NCBI GenBank assembly: GCA_964035545.1
Contig: CAXIUT010000131.1
Span: forward strand, 1-39,322
Length of the DNA: 39,322 nt
Source: Bugula neritina
Taxonomy: Eukaryota > Animalia > Bryozoa
Direction of reading: 5' to 3'
Shown: in pieces, positions 26,886-38,206 of the stretch
Position numbering within the stretch: the stretch's first letter is position 1
Layout of the letters: each line of letters starts with the position of its first letter
Translations under genes and position numbers: made by a program
Notes under the pieces: generated by a model
What the model saw: the letters and a program-made list of their open reading frames with translations, nothing else
Databases searched by the model: none
Told to the model about the DNA's origin: nothing

Positions 26886-26961
26886 TGATCGATATTTAAC
26901 TCATAATTCTACTTATTTCTTATTAATATCATTTTTTAAATATAGTATTCATAGTGATGAA

Positions 26962-28463
26962 TCATATCTTTTAAAATTATCTAAACTTTTTACTCGATTT
27001 AATAATCTAAATTGAACATTTTCTTATTTTTAAACTAATTTTTATTCATTATTTATTGGCCTTTTTTGTTAAATTTATTAATTTTTAAAACCTAATGAAG
27101 TATTCTTATCTTTTTATTTTTTTATCAGCTCAAATGGTTTTTCTTTGAATTGAAGTAAATCATTTTTAATTTGTTCTTTGTCAATGATTTCGTTTTTGTT
27201 TTTATACAATGTGATTATTTATGATTGTTTCATTTTTGGTTTTTTTGTTATTAATGGAACATCAGTAGGTTCGAAAAAGTCTTAAAGAGGTCTTTCCATT
27301 TTAACTTAATGAGGCATGATCGGATTCATATCAAATCTTTTAATATCGAAATTAACTGGAGATTATTCTATTTCATGTTCAGATATGACAAAGTCATCAG
27401 AAAATTTAAAGATTCTTTGAGGCTTTATTGATTGTTGTGATCTTTTCATTACTTTTACTTATTGATATCTTTATTATCTACTTCCAATCAGCATTGAATG
27501 CTTCATTTACTTAGATTGGTCAATACTAAACTATCTTTTTTATTTAAATGACTCTTTTACACTTGAATCGCTTTATTACATGTGTAAACTTGAAGTTAAT
27601 GGCTTTTTATTTCCTAAAAACTTTGTATTTTTCTCATTTTATTGAATTTTTATGAATAATTGTAGTTTGAAGGTCTTAAGTTTTACTTATTTATCAACTT
27701 TTAATACTGTTAAACAATATTTTCTTTATCTAAATCATCGAAATCAATCATTAAATGATTTACTGTTGATTATGAAGATTTAAGACTAAATTTTTTTTAA
27801 TTTTGTGGACTAGATATTTTATTTAAAAATTATTTCTTTTTGATTTCTTTTTAATCTTAATAAATAGACCATTATTCTTAAAAACTATCATCTGATTTAA
27901 TCGTTTAATCATAGATAGAATTTTATTATTAATATTTACCATTAATTAGATAACTCCAGTCAAGTTAACAAAGCATATTCGATTAAGTACTTGATTATTT
28001 TAAAACAACTGAATTTCCACTTTCTTATTCAGAATACAACGATTATTCTTGAACTATGTTTATTTTCTAATGTCGTTTTTTAAAAAGACTTTCCATATTA
28101 TTGATAGTCATCATTGGATATTAAAATGATAACATATCTGAAGCTGAATAAAATCTATTTTAATATTTTAATACTTTTAAGCAATTTCATTCTATCTTTT
28201 ATTTAGTTTTTTCCCTGTCCATTATCGGTATAGTAGTATCTTTTAAGAAACTCTGTATCTTCAATTAACGAGAGTATATCTTTAAAGATAATAATATTAT
28301 TGTCCTACTTTTATGAATAAACTATTCTGTCAATGTATTTAGTTTCAAAGAAATAAAATTTATCTTGATATTTCTGAAAAAGATGTCTACATGCTAGCTA
28401 TATTAATATGAAATTACAATCCAAGGGATACTGTCTGCTAGTCATAGGATCTGACTTTTCCAT
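26962..28463 (-). CDS. Hypothetical protein (3' end approximate)
   Basis: ATG 28463, 20-nt intron at 28398-28417, long K/E-rich coding sequence. Confidence 0.45.
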
Positions 28464-28557
28464 TTTTATTATAAAATAAAATAAATTATAAAACAAACAC
28501 ATTATATTAACATTAATACCATTTTTATTAAATATTTGCCCTTATAATATATATCAA

Positions 28558-28965
28558 TCATGATAAATTTTATAAAAACTATTCCACATCTAAAACTAAA
28601 TTTTATCCATTCTTTTTCTATTATGAGTTTTTTATTTCTTCAATATCTCCTTTTTAACTCTATTTAAATCTAAATTTACCAAATATTGGACCAAACCTTC
28701 AAAGCTTATATCAATTTTTGTTTTACATTCGATAATACTGAATCTGATTCAATCAAAAATTATTTCTAACTCTTAATATAAATACATTTTTCTTTATTGC
28801 AATTTAAGTTTCTTAATCTTTTGACGTAATAGTTAGACTTTACTCCAATTTTTATATTTTCTTCTGTATGCCTATAATTTCTTTATCATAAGACTAATAT
28901 TCCTTTCTCAATCTCTTCAACATAGAGGTCTTGATTTTCATTTGTTTTAAGATATCAGCCGACAT
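28558..28965 (-). CDS. TBCA: Tubulin-binding cofactor A
   Basis: LKQMKIKTSMLKRLRKEYESYDKE...IKKNKEFLIESDSVL; two 20-nt introns (28766-28785, 28660-28679) plus one missing base near 28702 give an exact frame. Confidence 0.82.
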
Positions 28966-29034
28966 TGTTGTGATTTGAATTAATAAACTATGATTCAATT
29001 AATCAGTTATCAATCAAAAATAAGATAAATAAAA

Positions 29035-29604
29035 ATCAAATATCAAAAAATATTGGAAATGTAATCAGACAATCTTGTATACCAGGGGTCTTAGTACTCT
29101 AATATTTAAAATTATGAGATTGAATATCCACATTTCTTGAACAACTATAAAACTTCTTTCTAGTATTTTTCATAAAATACTTCCTTTATCATACTCTAAA
29201 GTAAAGTTCTATCATATTAAACTATCTTATAATAAAAGTACTTCCAAAGTCATTCGATATATCCACAAGTATTCTCATTGAAACTCTTAATTCTCTTTTA
29301 TTATGAGATTTTTCCAAAGCAATACACTTTAACTACAACACCTAACTCCATTCTGCCTTCTAATCATGTGAAAGTTCATCCATCTTTTTCTTTATTTTCC
29401 TTATTTGCTATCGAACCATCATTTTCTTAGACTAATCCTATATTTTAGAACGATCTAATCTTGATTAAAACAGTAGTACAATTTAAAAAATTATTGGTTT
29501 TTGTCTAAATGAGCAACTCTATCAGTTACTGACTCTTCAGTAGCACTTTATGGAATCAAAGGTCTTTTAATTGATGCCTTTTATTCTATTTTATTATGAC
29601 GCAT
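29035..29604 (-). CDS. Hypothetical protein
   Basis: ATG 29604, probable 20-nt intron, coding-like frame; 3' end uncertain. Confidence 0.35.
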
Positions 29605-29632
29605 TGTTGTTATTTATTATAATTTAATTCAA

Positions 29633-30635
29633 TCATATTTCCATCTAGTAAAACTGTTAGGCACATCAACTGCAGATACCATTACATGGTAATATTTGAT
29701 CATCAACTTTTTCGACTTGATGCCCATCATCCCTCTCAATATTTTATGCAAAAATTGGCCAGAATTCATCTGTTTACGTACTGCTCCATTAAACCATTTG
29801 TTATTCAATGCCTTCCTAATGTCTTAAAATCCTACTCGATTAGGAGTAAATATTTAGTCTATGATTGCTGAGTTTTATGTCTGATCTTAAGGAGCTATCA
29901 CTACATCTCTCAGAACTTATCTTAACTTTGATCTGAAATGTCTATTTAAGTTTTTTGTCTAAGTTAGTTCTTTATCAGCACAACCAGTCATATTTGAACT
30001 TTTTCTACGATGTTTTGGAATCTTTGTAAACTCTTTTTCTTCTTTTTCTTTTTCTTTTATCAATTATTGACAAGATTCTATTTACTAATCTTCTTATTAT
30101 TACCTTATCAATAACCTTTCAATTTCTGAAGCATGAAAATTTTAAATAGTTTAAAAAATTTGACCCAAAACATCACTTAATTAGATGTCTTGATTCCAAT
30201 TTTGAGGAGATATCATCTAGATTTGTGATAAAAAATTAGGAATAATGTAGTCAGAATGATTTTAAGTCATATTACATGAAATTATTTCTAAATTAGGAGG
30301 TTCTAAAGGATAATTCGAACTATAAGTAATTTTGACTTTTTATTGAATATTCTTAGTATTACAAGTAGTACATAATATTTGATCCGGTGGTAAAAATAAA
30401 TCTATACTTCTGATAAATTTTAAAGAGCTCTTACTTGTATCTTTCCTTTTAAAGTGGCATGTTTATATAATGAGAACAATTAGTTTCTTATTCTAGTATT
30501 TTGAGTCTATGTTAAGGAACGTTCCTTGCATTTCTAGGCAGTCAATTCTTCAATTTTTAAGTTATCCTCTTGCTTCGGAGGTGAAGAACCTTTGATTGTT
30601 TCATTTTGATGATATTCTTCTAAGAATTTAAACAT
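29633..30635 (-). CDS. Hypothetical protein
   Basis: ATG 30635 (MFKFLEEYHQ...) and TGA 29633; internal introns or frameshifts not resolved. Confidence 0.4.
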
Positions 30636-30800
30636 AGTTTGATGCTAGTTTGGGAAATATGATATAATTATTTTGAGAATAACCTATTTCAATAAGTAAA
30701 TGAGTATTACAATAAATATATATCAAATTATTCTTCATAGTCTAATTTAAATATTTCATTCTCTTAACAATATTAAATACATTAATATCATTATCAATAA

Positions 30801-33534
30801 TCAGGGGTTGGGGTTGGGGTTGGGGTTGGGGTTGGGGTTGGGGTTGGGGTTGGGGTTGGGGTTGGGGTTGGGGTTGGGGTTGGGGTGAACTATTTTTAGA
30901 TTCTTTCGAGCATAATTCCTTTATATTTTATTACCTTGTTCCATTAACTCCTATAAAAATGATATATTTGCTCTTCTCTAGTGAAAACTCTTCTTATTTA
31001 ACACTGGTAACATCAAAGATTCGTTCACATAAAATATATCACTTCCTTTCTGAGGACTCTTAGTATCGTCTTTAGTTTTATTCTTATATTTTTTCCTCAA
31101 CTGTTTTTACTTTATTTCAGTATCTTTCCTTCTCTCTTTGAATTTTACCTCATCTTATTACTATTTTTCAATCAAATCAGAGTAATTTAAGGTCACATGA
31201 TTAACTGAATTTCTTTTGTTAAAATTAAAATAAGGTTCTATATCAGAAGGACCTCTCTCTTAAAACTTTTTTCCAATTCATATAATGTACTTTATTAAAT
31301 GTACTTCCTTCAACTGCTTACATCTCCTCCAAAGCACTCTTTGTTTTTAGTACGGTACTTTTTACAGATGGAATCTTAGATGGACCTATTTACTGAACAC
31401 TTATAACCTTTATTTTTCTTTCTATTTTCTATCTTATTGGAGATAACTGTTTTGATAAGCTAGTTTTATCTTTTAAAATCAAACTTTTTTATTTTTTCAA
31501 AGATTTTGATGATTTTTTTTCCTTCTCATACTTTTATTCTTCAACTTTATTATTTTTCTTTTTTCTTTTTACACTTTTGATACTAAATCCAAGAATAGAA
31601 TCTGAAGATTCTTATGATGTTAGTAATTTTCCAAGTTCCTTATCTGAATAATCACAACCTTCTTCGAAATCAGAATCAGATACCTCTCCATCATCATTTT
31701 ATTTCTAAATTTCAATATTTTATTCTTCTCTCAACACCTAATCATCCATCAGTTATTCTAAAAGACCTTTTTATTCTTACAACTATTCAAACATACTTTT
31801 ATCAATATTCAAAAGATTAGAAGTTGGAACTTATTTTTTCTTTCTTGATTATTTTTATCTAGTTTTTTTATTTCATTTCCTTAGATCTTTACATTTATTC
31901 CTTTTGATTTTCTAATCTTTTTGGTAATTTGAACAAAATTCTCAAAAACCTTATTAAACTTTAAGCTATTTTTACTTCCAGCCATTTTATAACTATCTTT
32001 ATCAAAAGCTATTTCATTAAATTTAGGTCCATAACAGTAAGATGAAGCCTAAACAGTAAAAGCAAAAGGTACATTTAACTATCTAATCATAACACTTCGA
32101 CTAGCATTAGTTTTACACTCTGATATCTTGAAAATACAACTATAATATCTAAAAGTATCAGTTAACTTTGATATGATTTTAGGTAGTAGACGACAAGTTA
32201 GAAAATGTCGATGATCAACTCCATAATTAGGTCCATACATAAAAACATTCTTTTTAGCTGAATGACCATGAAAATCTAAATATACAAAAGGACGATGTTT
32301 TTCAGCCAAAGAACGAACCAAAGATATTTCTTCGAATCTATCAGGTAAATGAAAAAATCTATTAAGATCTCGACCAGCAATAGATGTTCTAAAATTACCT
32401 AAACAACACCATCAACATTAACCATAGGTATAATTCTAAAAATCATTTTTTATCTTAGATAATATGCTTTTTGACTCAGTAAAAAGTTAATAAAACCATC
32501 CATCATCCAACTGCCTTGAGTTTATCCTGGATGTAAGCGAGCAATAGCCAAACAGGTACTTTTTTATTCAATTTAATTTGAGTTACTAATAGTAACAATC
32601 GGTATAACTAGCCCACCAGTTGACATGTGTTTATAATCAACATGCATAATATGTTTATTTTCTTGATGAAGTTTATTGATTTGATGCATCATGTAGGAAT
32701 AGGAATAAGGTATGCAATATGCGAAATAAACGTATTTATCTTTATCACTAAATTCATAAGTAAAACTTAAACATTTCTTGATAGGGACTGTCAGCATTCT
32801 ACTCATCATATCTAAATCTTTTATTTCTATACTATACGTCAGAACAACTTTGCTACCATACTCCTTTTGATGATCGAAAACAAAAAGGTCTCATGCCTTG
32901 ATTATAAAGCAATCCACTTTTTTGAAAGTTTATTATGTTGAATTTTACCTTTTGTTTATTAGTAAAATTAGTCACCTTAAAATAGAACCATGTAGTATGA
33001 CCTTTTGTATTACTATCTACTCGCATCAACAAATCATATTCAAGTGAATTAACTGAAACAGCAAGATCCAAATTTCCACATTCAAAATTAGAATCAAATA
33101 TCAAATCTACCTTCTTTACAGTTGGATTCATGCCTGTAAACAATCTATACTCTAATGGACGAATCGAAAATACCTTCTACCTCTCACATAAAAACTGAAA
33201 TTAAAACTTCTCAAATCTCTACCCGTACATCTCCCATTACTAGCTTAGATTATTGTCAGAACCACTGACTTTAGAAAACGACTTGAAGGCTTTAAAGTTC
33301 GATACATGACGAGGACCCATATAGACTACTCGATATTACTGAATTGCTCCGAATTGAGTTAGACTTTTAGATAATGTGTCTACTTGAGGATTAGTAAAAA
33401 ATATTGGAAACTGTTTAAAAGGTTGATGAGTTAAGTTAGGACGCCAACTGAGTAAATAAATAAATACCCTGTAATGAGATCAGGAGAAAGAGAATGATCC
33501 CTCCTTTTTTTTATTTATGACGTTTTTACTCCAT
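30801..33534 (-). CDS. Cytosolic carboxypeptidase (M14D, Nna1/CCP tubulin deglutamylase family)
   Basis: FDSNFECGNL, WFYFKV, YFAYCIPYSYS, ARLHPGET, PMVNVDGV.LGNFR...GRDLNR, LDFHGHS, FTVEAS; long low-complexity C-terminus; 20-nt intron at 33448-33467; frameshift near 32402. Confidence 0.92.
30804..30886 (+). repeat. Internal telomeric tract (GGGGTT)n, 83 nt
   Basis: G4T2 repeats at the 3' end of the carboxypeptidase CDS. Confidence 0.95.
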
Positions 33535-33607
33535 ATTATTATTATTTATAACTTTACTCGAACTTTAATAGAGATATCTAAAATTTATCTTAATAATATT
33601 ATCTTTT

Positions 33608-34118
33608 ATGATAAATAATAGCGAATTATTATCATTCATAGATTATTATAATTAACTTATAGATAAAAAAAAGAAAATCAAGTAATTTTAACCACTTTCT
33701 CAAGGCTTAATCTCTTAAAATCACAGATAATAGTCAATAAGGATTGAAATTATGAATCATTTTGGCTATAAAAAGGTCTTTAGACGGTCAAAGCTATGAT
33801 AAACTAAAAGATAATTGTAAATTTTAGACCAAAATTAAGCTCAAAAGCAATAAATAAATTGATAAAAATGTTAGTACAGGAGTTTATTCGCTCAAATAAA
33901 TAGTGCAAGATAAATTAAAAACTTTTAGTTTTGACAGATCTAACATAAAGATGCAAAAAATAATAATAAATAAGTAATATTAAATTAAATAACTGAACAA
34001 AACTTATGCTTAGACAATGGGTAAATAAAAAAAATGGTCTTTATAAAAAAAACAAAAAAAATATGAAGAAATTTTGAACGCCACTAAAAGTTCGCAATAA
34101 TAGCTAATTTTGTTCTGA
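33608..34118 (+). CDS. Hypothetical protein
   Basis: Coding-like K-rich sequence between ATG and TGA; needs an intron or frameshift. Confidence 0.3.
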
Positions 34119-34310
34119 TTGTCATAATTCTTCTAGAAATACTGAGAGGTATTAATTGTTTTAAAGATATTTGTCAGTTTAATATATAAAGGAAGTATTT
34201 TTCTCTATAAATTTGCATTTTTAGTAAATAAGAAAAAAAGAGCTTTGAAAATATTCTAGAAAATTATTTGTTTTTATTTATGAGTTGTATATTTGACTGA
34301 AATATATATC

Positions 34311-34826
34311 ATGGGTTGTGAACCATCAAAAAAAAAATCAACTTTTTACATTGCTTCAAAGAAAGCTCACTCCTAGTTAGAGAGAAAATCTACAAGAGAT
34401 ATTAGTGTTAAACCCTTAGGATCATCTTCTAACTCCTAAAAGGCTCGTTATTTTAGTGATGATGATTCAAACATGCATGAGTAGAAGGCAAAAAAAAGAG
34501 GTTAAAATCAAGTGGAAGTTAAAAAAGTATCTGAAATCAAATCTGGAATCGAACTAGAGGCTTTGGCTCATTAGAAGGGACTTTAACAGCACTAACTTGA
34601 TGAAGAACTATCGGATGTTGTAGAAGAATTATTTGATAAATACGATGAAGATGACAAGGGATACATGGATTTGCCTGAGTTAAAGAAGTTGATCTAAGAG
34701 AACTCTAAGAAACAATATAGCTAGGAAGAACTGTAACAGATGTTGATAAATTGTCAAAGTCTAAATGGGATTAAAATTGATAAAATCGAGCTGTACAAGA
34801 TGTGTAAAAAATACTGTCGAACATGA
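34311..34826 (+). CDS. N-acylated EF-hand protein, 171 aa
   Basis: MGCEPS; ELFDKYDEDDKGYMDLPEL EF-hand; intact ORF. Confidence 0.85.
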
Positions 34827-35279
34827 TTCTCATCGACCTTTATCTTGTCAAAAATGGAACTTAAATTATTCTAGAATTTTAGTTTAAAAGTTTTATTTAA
34901 TATTATATAAAGTTTATCTTCATAATAAACTCTTTAACAAAAAACTTAAATAAATAAAAGATGTTAAATAATATATCAAATTAAAATTAATAAACATATA
35001 TTTCGATAAATAAAATATATAAATAAAGATTAAATTATTATTGTAAAATAATGGTCACTAAATATTTTTCTTCATCATAATTAGTCTTAAATTATAATTC
35101 TACATAATATATAAAATAGTCTTTGATTATATATTAAATAGTAAAGAAAAATTATAAAATAAAATTATCAAACAAAAGATCGAACATTAATATAAAGATC
35201 TTAACTAGATTGATATATTTCAGTGAAAAAAATATGATAAATCTAAGAATATTCAAATCATTAATTATCTAATAATAAA

Positions 35280-35822
35280 ATGGGTTGCTGTCAGGTGCCA
35301 AAGGTAGCAAAAAAATCACCATCATTTGATATATCAGGTCTGAATTCGAATGTTCTCATCAAAAAATAAACATCTACAACTACAGCTACAACTAAAACCC
35401 AACTACCCTCTCAAGTAGGCTTACTTAATACTCAAAATACCATACCTCCTTCTGATCACTGCGAAAAAGTTCAAGAGATACCCTCTTAAATAAATAAAAA
35501 TCTTCCTCTGATGCTAAAAAAAGAATCAAAAAAGACATCAGGAATATAGTTAAATGCTGTAGTTTTTGAGATGAACTTAGATGAAGACTAGATGGATTCA
35601 GAACTATCAGATATAGTGGAGTAGCTATTTGATAAATATGATTAAAATTAGAAGGATACTTGAAATTTTCCTGAACTAAATAAGCTGATAAAAGAGAACT
35701 CAAATAAGTAGATTCCAGAATAGGAAGTAGAGTAGATGTTGCAGCAAGTGGATAAATAAAATACCAGAGGAGTCGATAAACTTGATTTGTTCGAGTTATG
35801 CAAAGCCTCATATAATAAATGA
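35280..35822 (+). CDS. Tandem paralog of the N-acylated EF-hand protein (frameshifted: error or pseudogene)
   Basis: MGCCQV; ELSDIVEELFDKYD...PELNKLIKENS aligns with the upstream copy; several indels, including one creating a TGA in the EF loop. Confidence 0.7.
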
Positions 35823-35919
35823 TAATTTATCATTGTTTTTGAATCATATTTAAAAATTGATATATTAATTAAAAACCAATAATTATAACAAAAAGTAGCC
35901 TACAAATTAACTAAACTTA

Positions 35920-37206
35920 TCAGATAAAAATCAAAGTATGTTTATGTTTTGATTTACTGAATTTGAATTCTCTATTATTTTTATATATTTTGCCAACATT
36001 ATTTCTGTCTCTTTCAACTGATTTATTCCCTACAATAAAGCTGCGAAGTTACTCATCATCATCCTTTTCAAATTAGGAGCTGACTACTTCTGATATCTTA
36101 TCTTCCTAGCATTTTTAAACTTAAATTCATTAAGCTTCTACTCAGATTCTTCTCTTTTCTCAACTGGTACTTTTTACTCAAACAGCTAACTTGAGTCTCT
36201 ACTCTTTCAACCATCGCCTTTGTCAACTCCTGCTTCTTTTCCAATATGTCTAATACTAAATCAACATATCTTTACATGCGTGACTCTGCTATTCATTTGT
36301 ATCTTGCTCCATCAATCTCATAAAGAAAATAAGCAAGATAGAAGTAGTTGTAATACCAATAATAATCGATATAACCATGATAGCCCGACCAATTGGAGTA
36401 ATTACATTGACATCTCCATATCCCACTGTTACCTGAGTTACAACTTGATAATAACAGCAAGCAATAAAGTTATTAAGATTCGGATTGATATTACTAAATA
36501 AACAGATAAATACCCTTAGACGAGAAGCAATTGTAAGGAAGTAGGAAGTAGTTAAGAATGACAATAACTATGAGAATAATATGAGGTTTTTAGTTGATCA
36601 AGAACTTAAAAGCATTGAATGTTCCAAATTTAACAGTATATAATCGAGACAATCTATCAGGTCTACTACCATAGAACATCTCAAAATGGATAATAAACTT
36701 AAGAAAATATATGGATCTCACAGTAACATAACCAGCCAATAACTCTTCAACTCTGATATCAACTGAATTTCTAGTAACATCCATAATAGTTATAGATGTA
36801 CTATCATCGATAAGGATAGAAGGAGTAGGAATGAGCAGAATAATTTAGATGATCATGAATAGAATGACATGGATAGGTTTGTTCTAGTAATCTTTTTTTT
36901 ATTTGATCCATTCGATGATAGCTAGTTTTTAAAAGACAATAGTTATCATAGTAAGCATAGTAAATAACATAGAAATGAGGTCTAACTTATTATCAGAACC
37001 ATTGTTAGTTTGTCCGAAATAATGACAAAGTGCAGCTATCATACTGACTGATGTAAATATTACCATCAAAAATTCCAATGCCTTCATTAAATAATAATTA
37101 CTAATGTTTTCAGATAACAAAAGGATGTTTGTTCGCTATCTTCAACAACGGTGTTTTGGTTGTAAAGTTTCTCAAGATGTTGCTTATAAATAGTAGAAGA
37201 ATCCAT
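35920..37206 (-). CDS. Small-conductance Ca2+-activated (SK-like) K+ channel
   Basis: Multiple transmembrane segments, pore VTQVTVGYGDV, TPIGR, C-terminal helical and coiled-coil region; frameshift near 37121. Confidence 0.8.
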
Positions 37207-37356
37207 CTGCTTTAGAAATATTATAAACTTTCGAAGGTATAAGAAATTATTCTTTTTTTAAAATCATCAAATAAAATAAACCAAAATATTTGATCCCCTC
37301 ATTACATTTAGATAACTGGCATAACTGGCTTAAATAACTAAGTATTAATATTAATT

Positions 37357-38040
37357 ATGTAATTCTTAAAACAATACAAATCTTTGGCTTAACAACTAAT
37401 CGGATCTATCATTATCATCTCATCTCTTCCAAGAACGTTGCGTATCTTGTATGGAGTCAACAAAATCATTAAAAACTACAAATGCTTTACATCTCTTTCT
37501 CCATCATCTAAAATTAACTACAAAAAATTCATCTAAAATAAAAATCTAAAGAATACGTTCTCATAGCAAACTTATCAACAAATCCCACAAAAGATCTATT
37601 TAATCACCACTTAAAAAAAATAGATAATTTTTAGAAAGAAGCATTAAGATAAAAATTCATATTAATAGTAATGCAGTTCTTTCTCTGGATAAGTTATCTA
37701 AAATAAAATCCAATATAAAATTATCTGTAACAGTGAAGAACTAAGACATATGTTTCTTCATCTTTATTATGTACGACATACTCTATATTGAAAAATCATA
37801 ATAAAAAAAAACCTTTTACTATGTTCGTTTATGGATAGCTAGGATATTAAAATTAAAAGAAAAGCCTTGTTATTCGAGGATAAAGCTATGCGACCAATAA
37901 AAATTAAATCCTTAAAGCCTGGCATCTACTTTTTACAAATATTTCAATAGTTTTACTACTTCAAGGACTTGGACTAGGAGTAGCTTTTTGCTTATTAAAT
38001 CACAATAAAGTTGAAATAATGGATTAATATTAAAAAATGA
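37357..38040 (+). CDS. Hypothetical protein
   Basis: Open frame of about 140 codons from ATG 37357; 3' portion needs an intron or frameshift. Confidence 0.35.
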
Positions 38041-38105
38041 AAGAGTTTTTAACAAAGTAAGATAAATGATATTGTATTTAAATAATCACAATAAATATAT
38101 AATAT

Positions 38106-38206
38106 GGGGTTGGGGTTGGGGTTGGGGTTGGGTTGGGGTTGGGGTTGGGGTTGGGGTTGGGGTTGGGGTTGGGGTTGGGGTTGGGGTTGGGGGTTGGGGT
38201 TGGGTT
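38106..38206 (+). repeat. Internal telomeric tract (GGGGTT)n, 101 nt
   Basis: G4T2 repeats with G3 and G5 variants. Confidence 0.95.

Noticed and set aside
21315-37122. Recurrent frameshifts (near 21317, 28702, 32402, 37121) as Euplotes-like programmed ribosomal frameshifting
   Set aside because: Each is repaired by adding one base to an A/T homopolymer. They share no slippery-plus-stop motif, and the telomere tracts show the same G3/G5 noise. This is typical long-read error.
12073-38206. Tracts as CRISPR arrays, telomere-bearing transposon ends or end-to-end chromosome fusions
   Set aside because: There are no spacers, no inverted C4A2 partner, no transposase, and the flanks are collinear parts of single genes where this can be judged.
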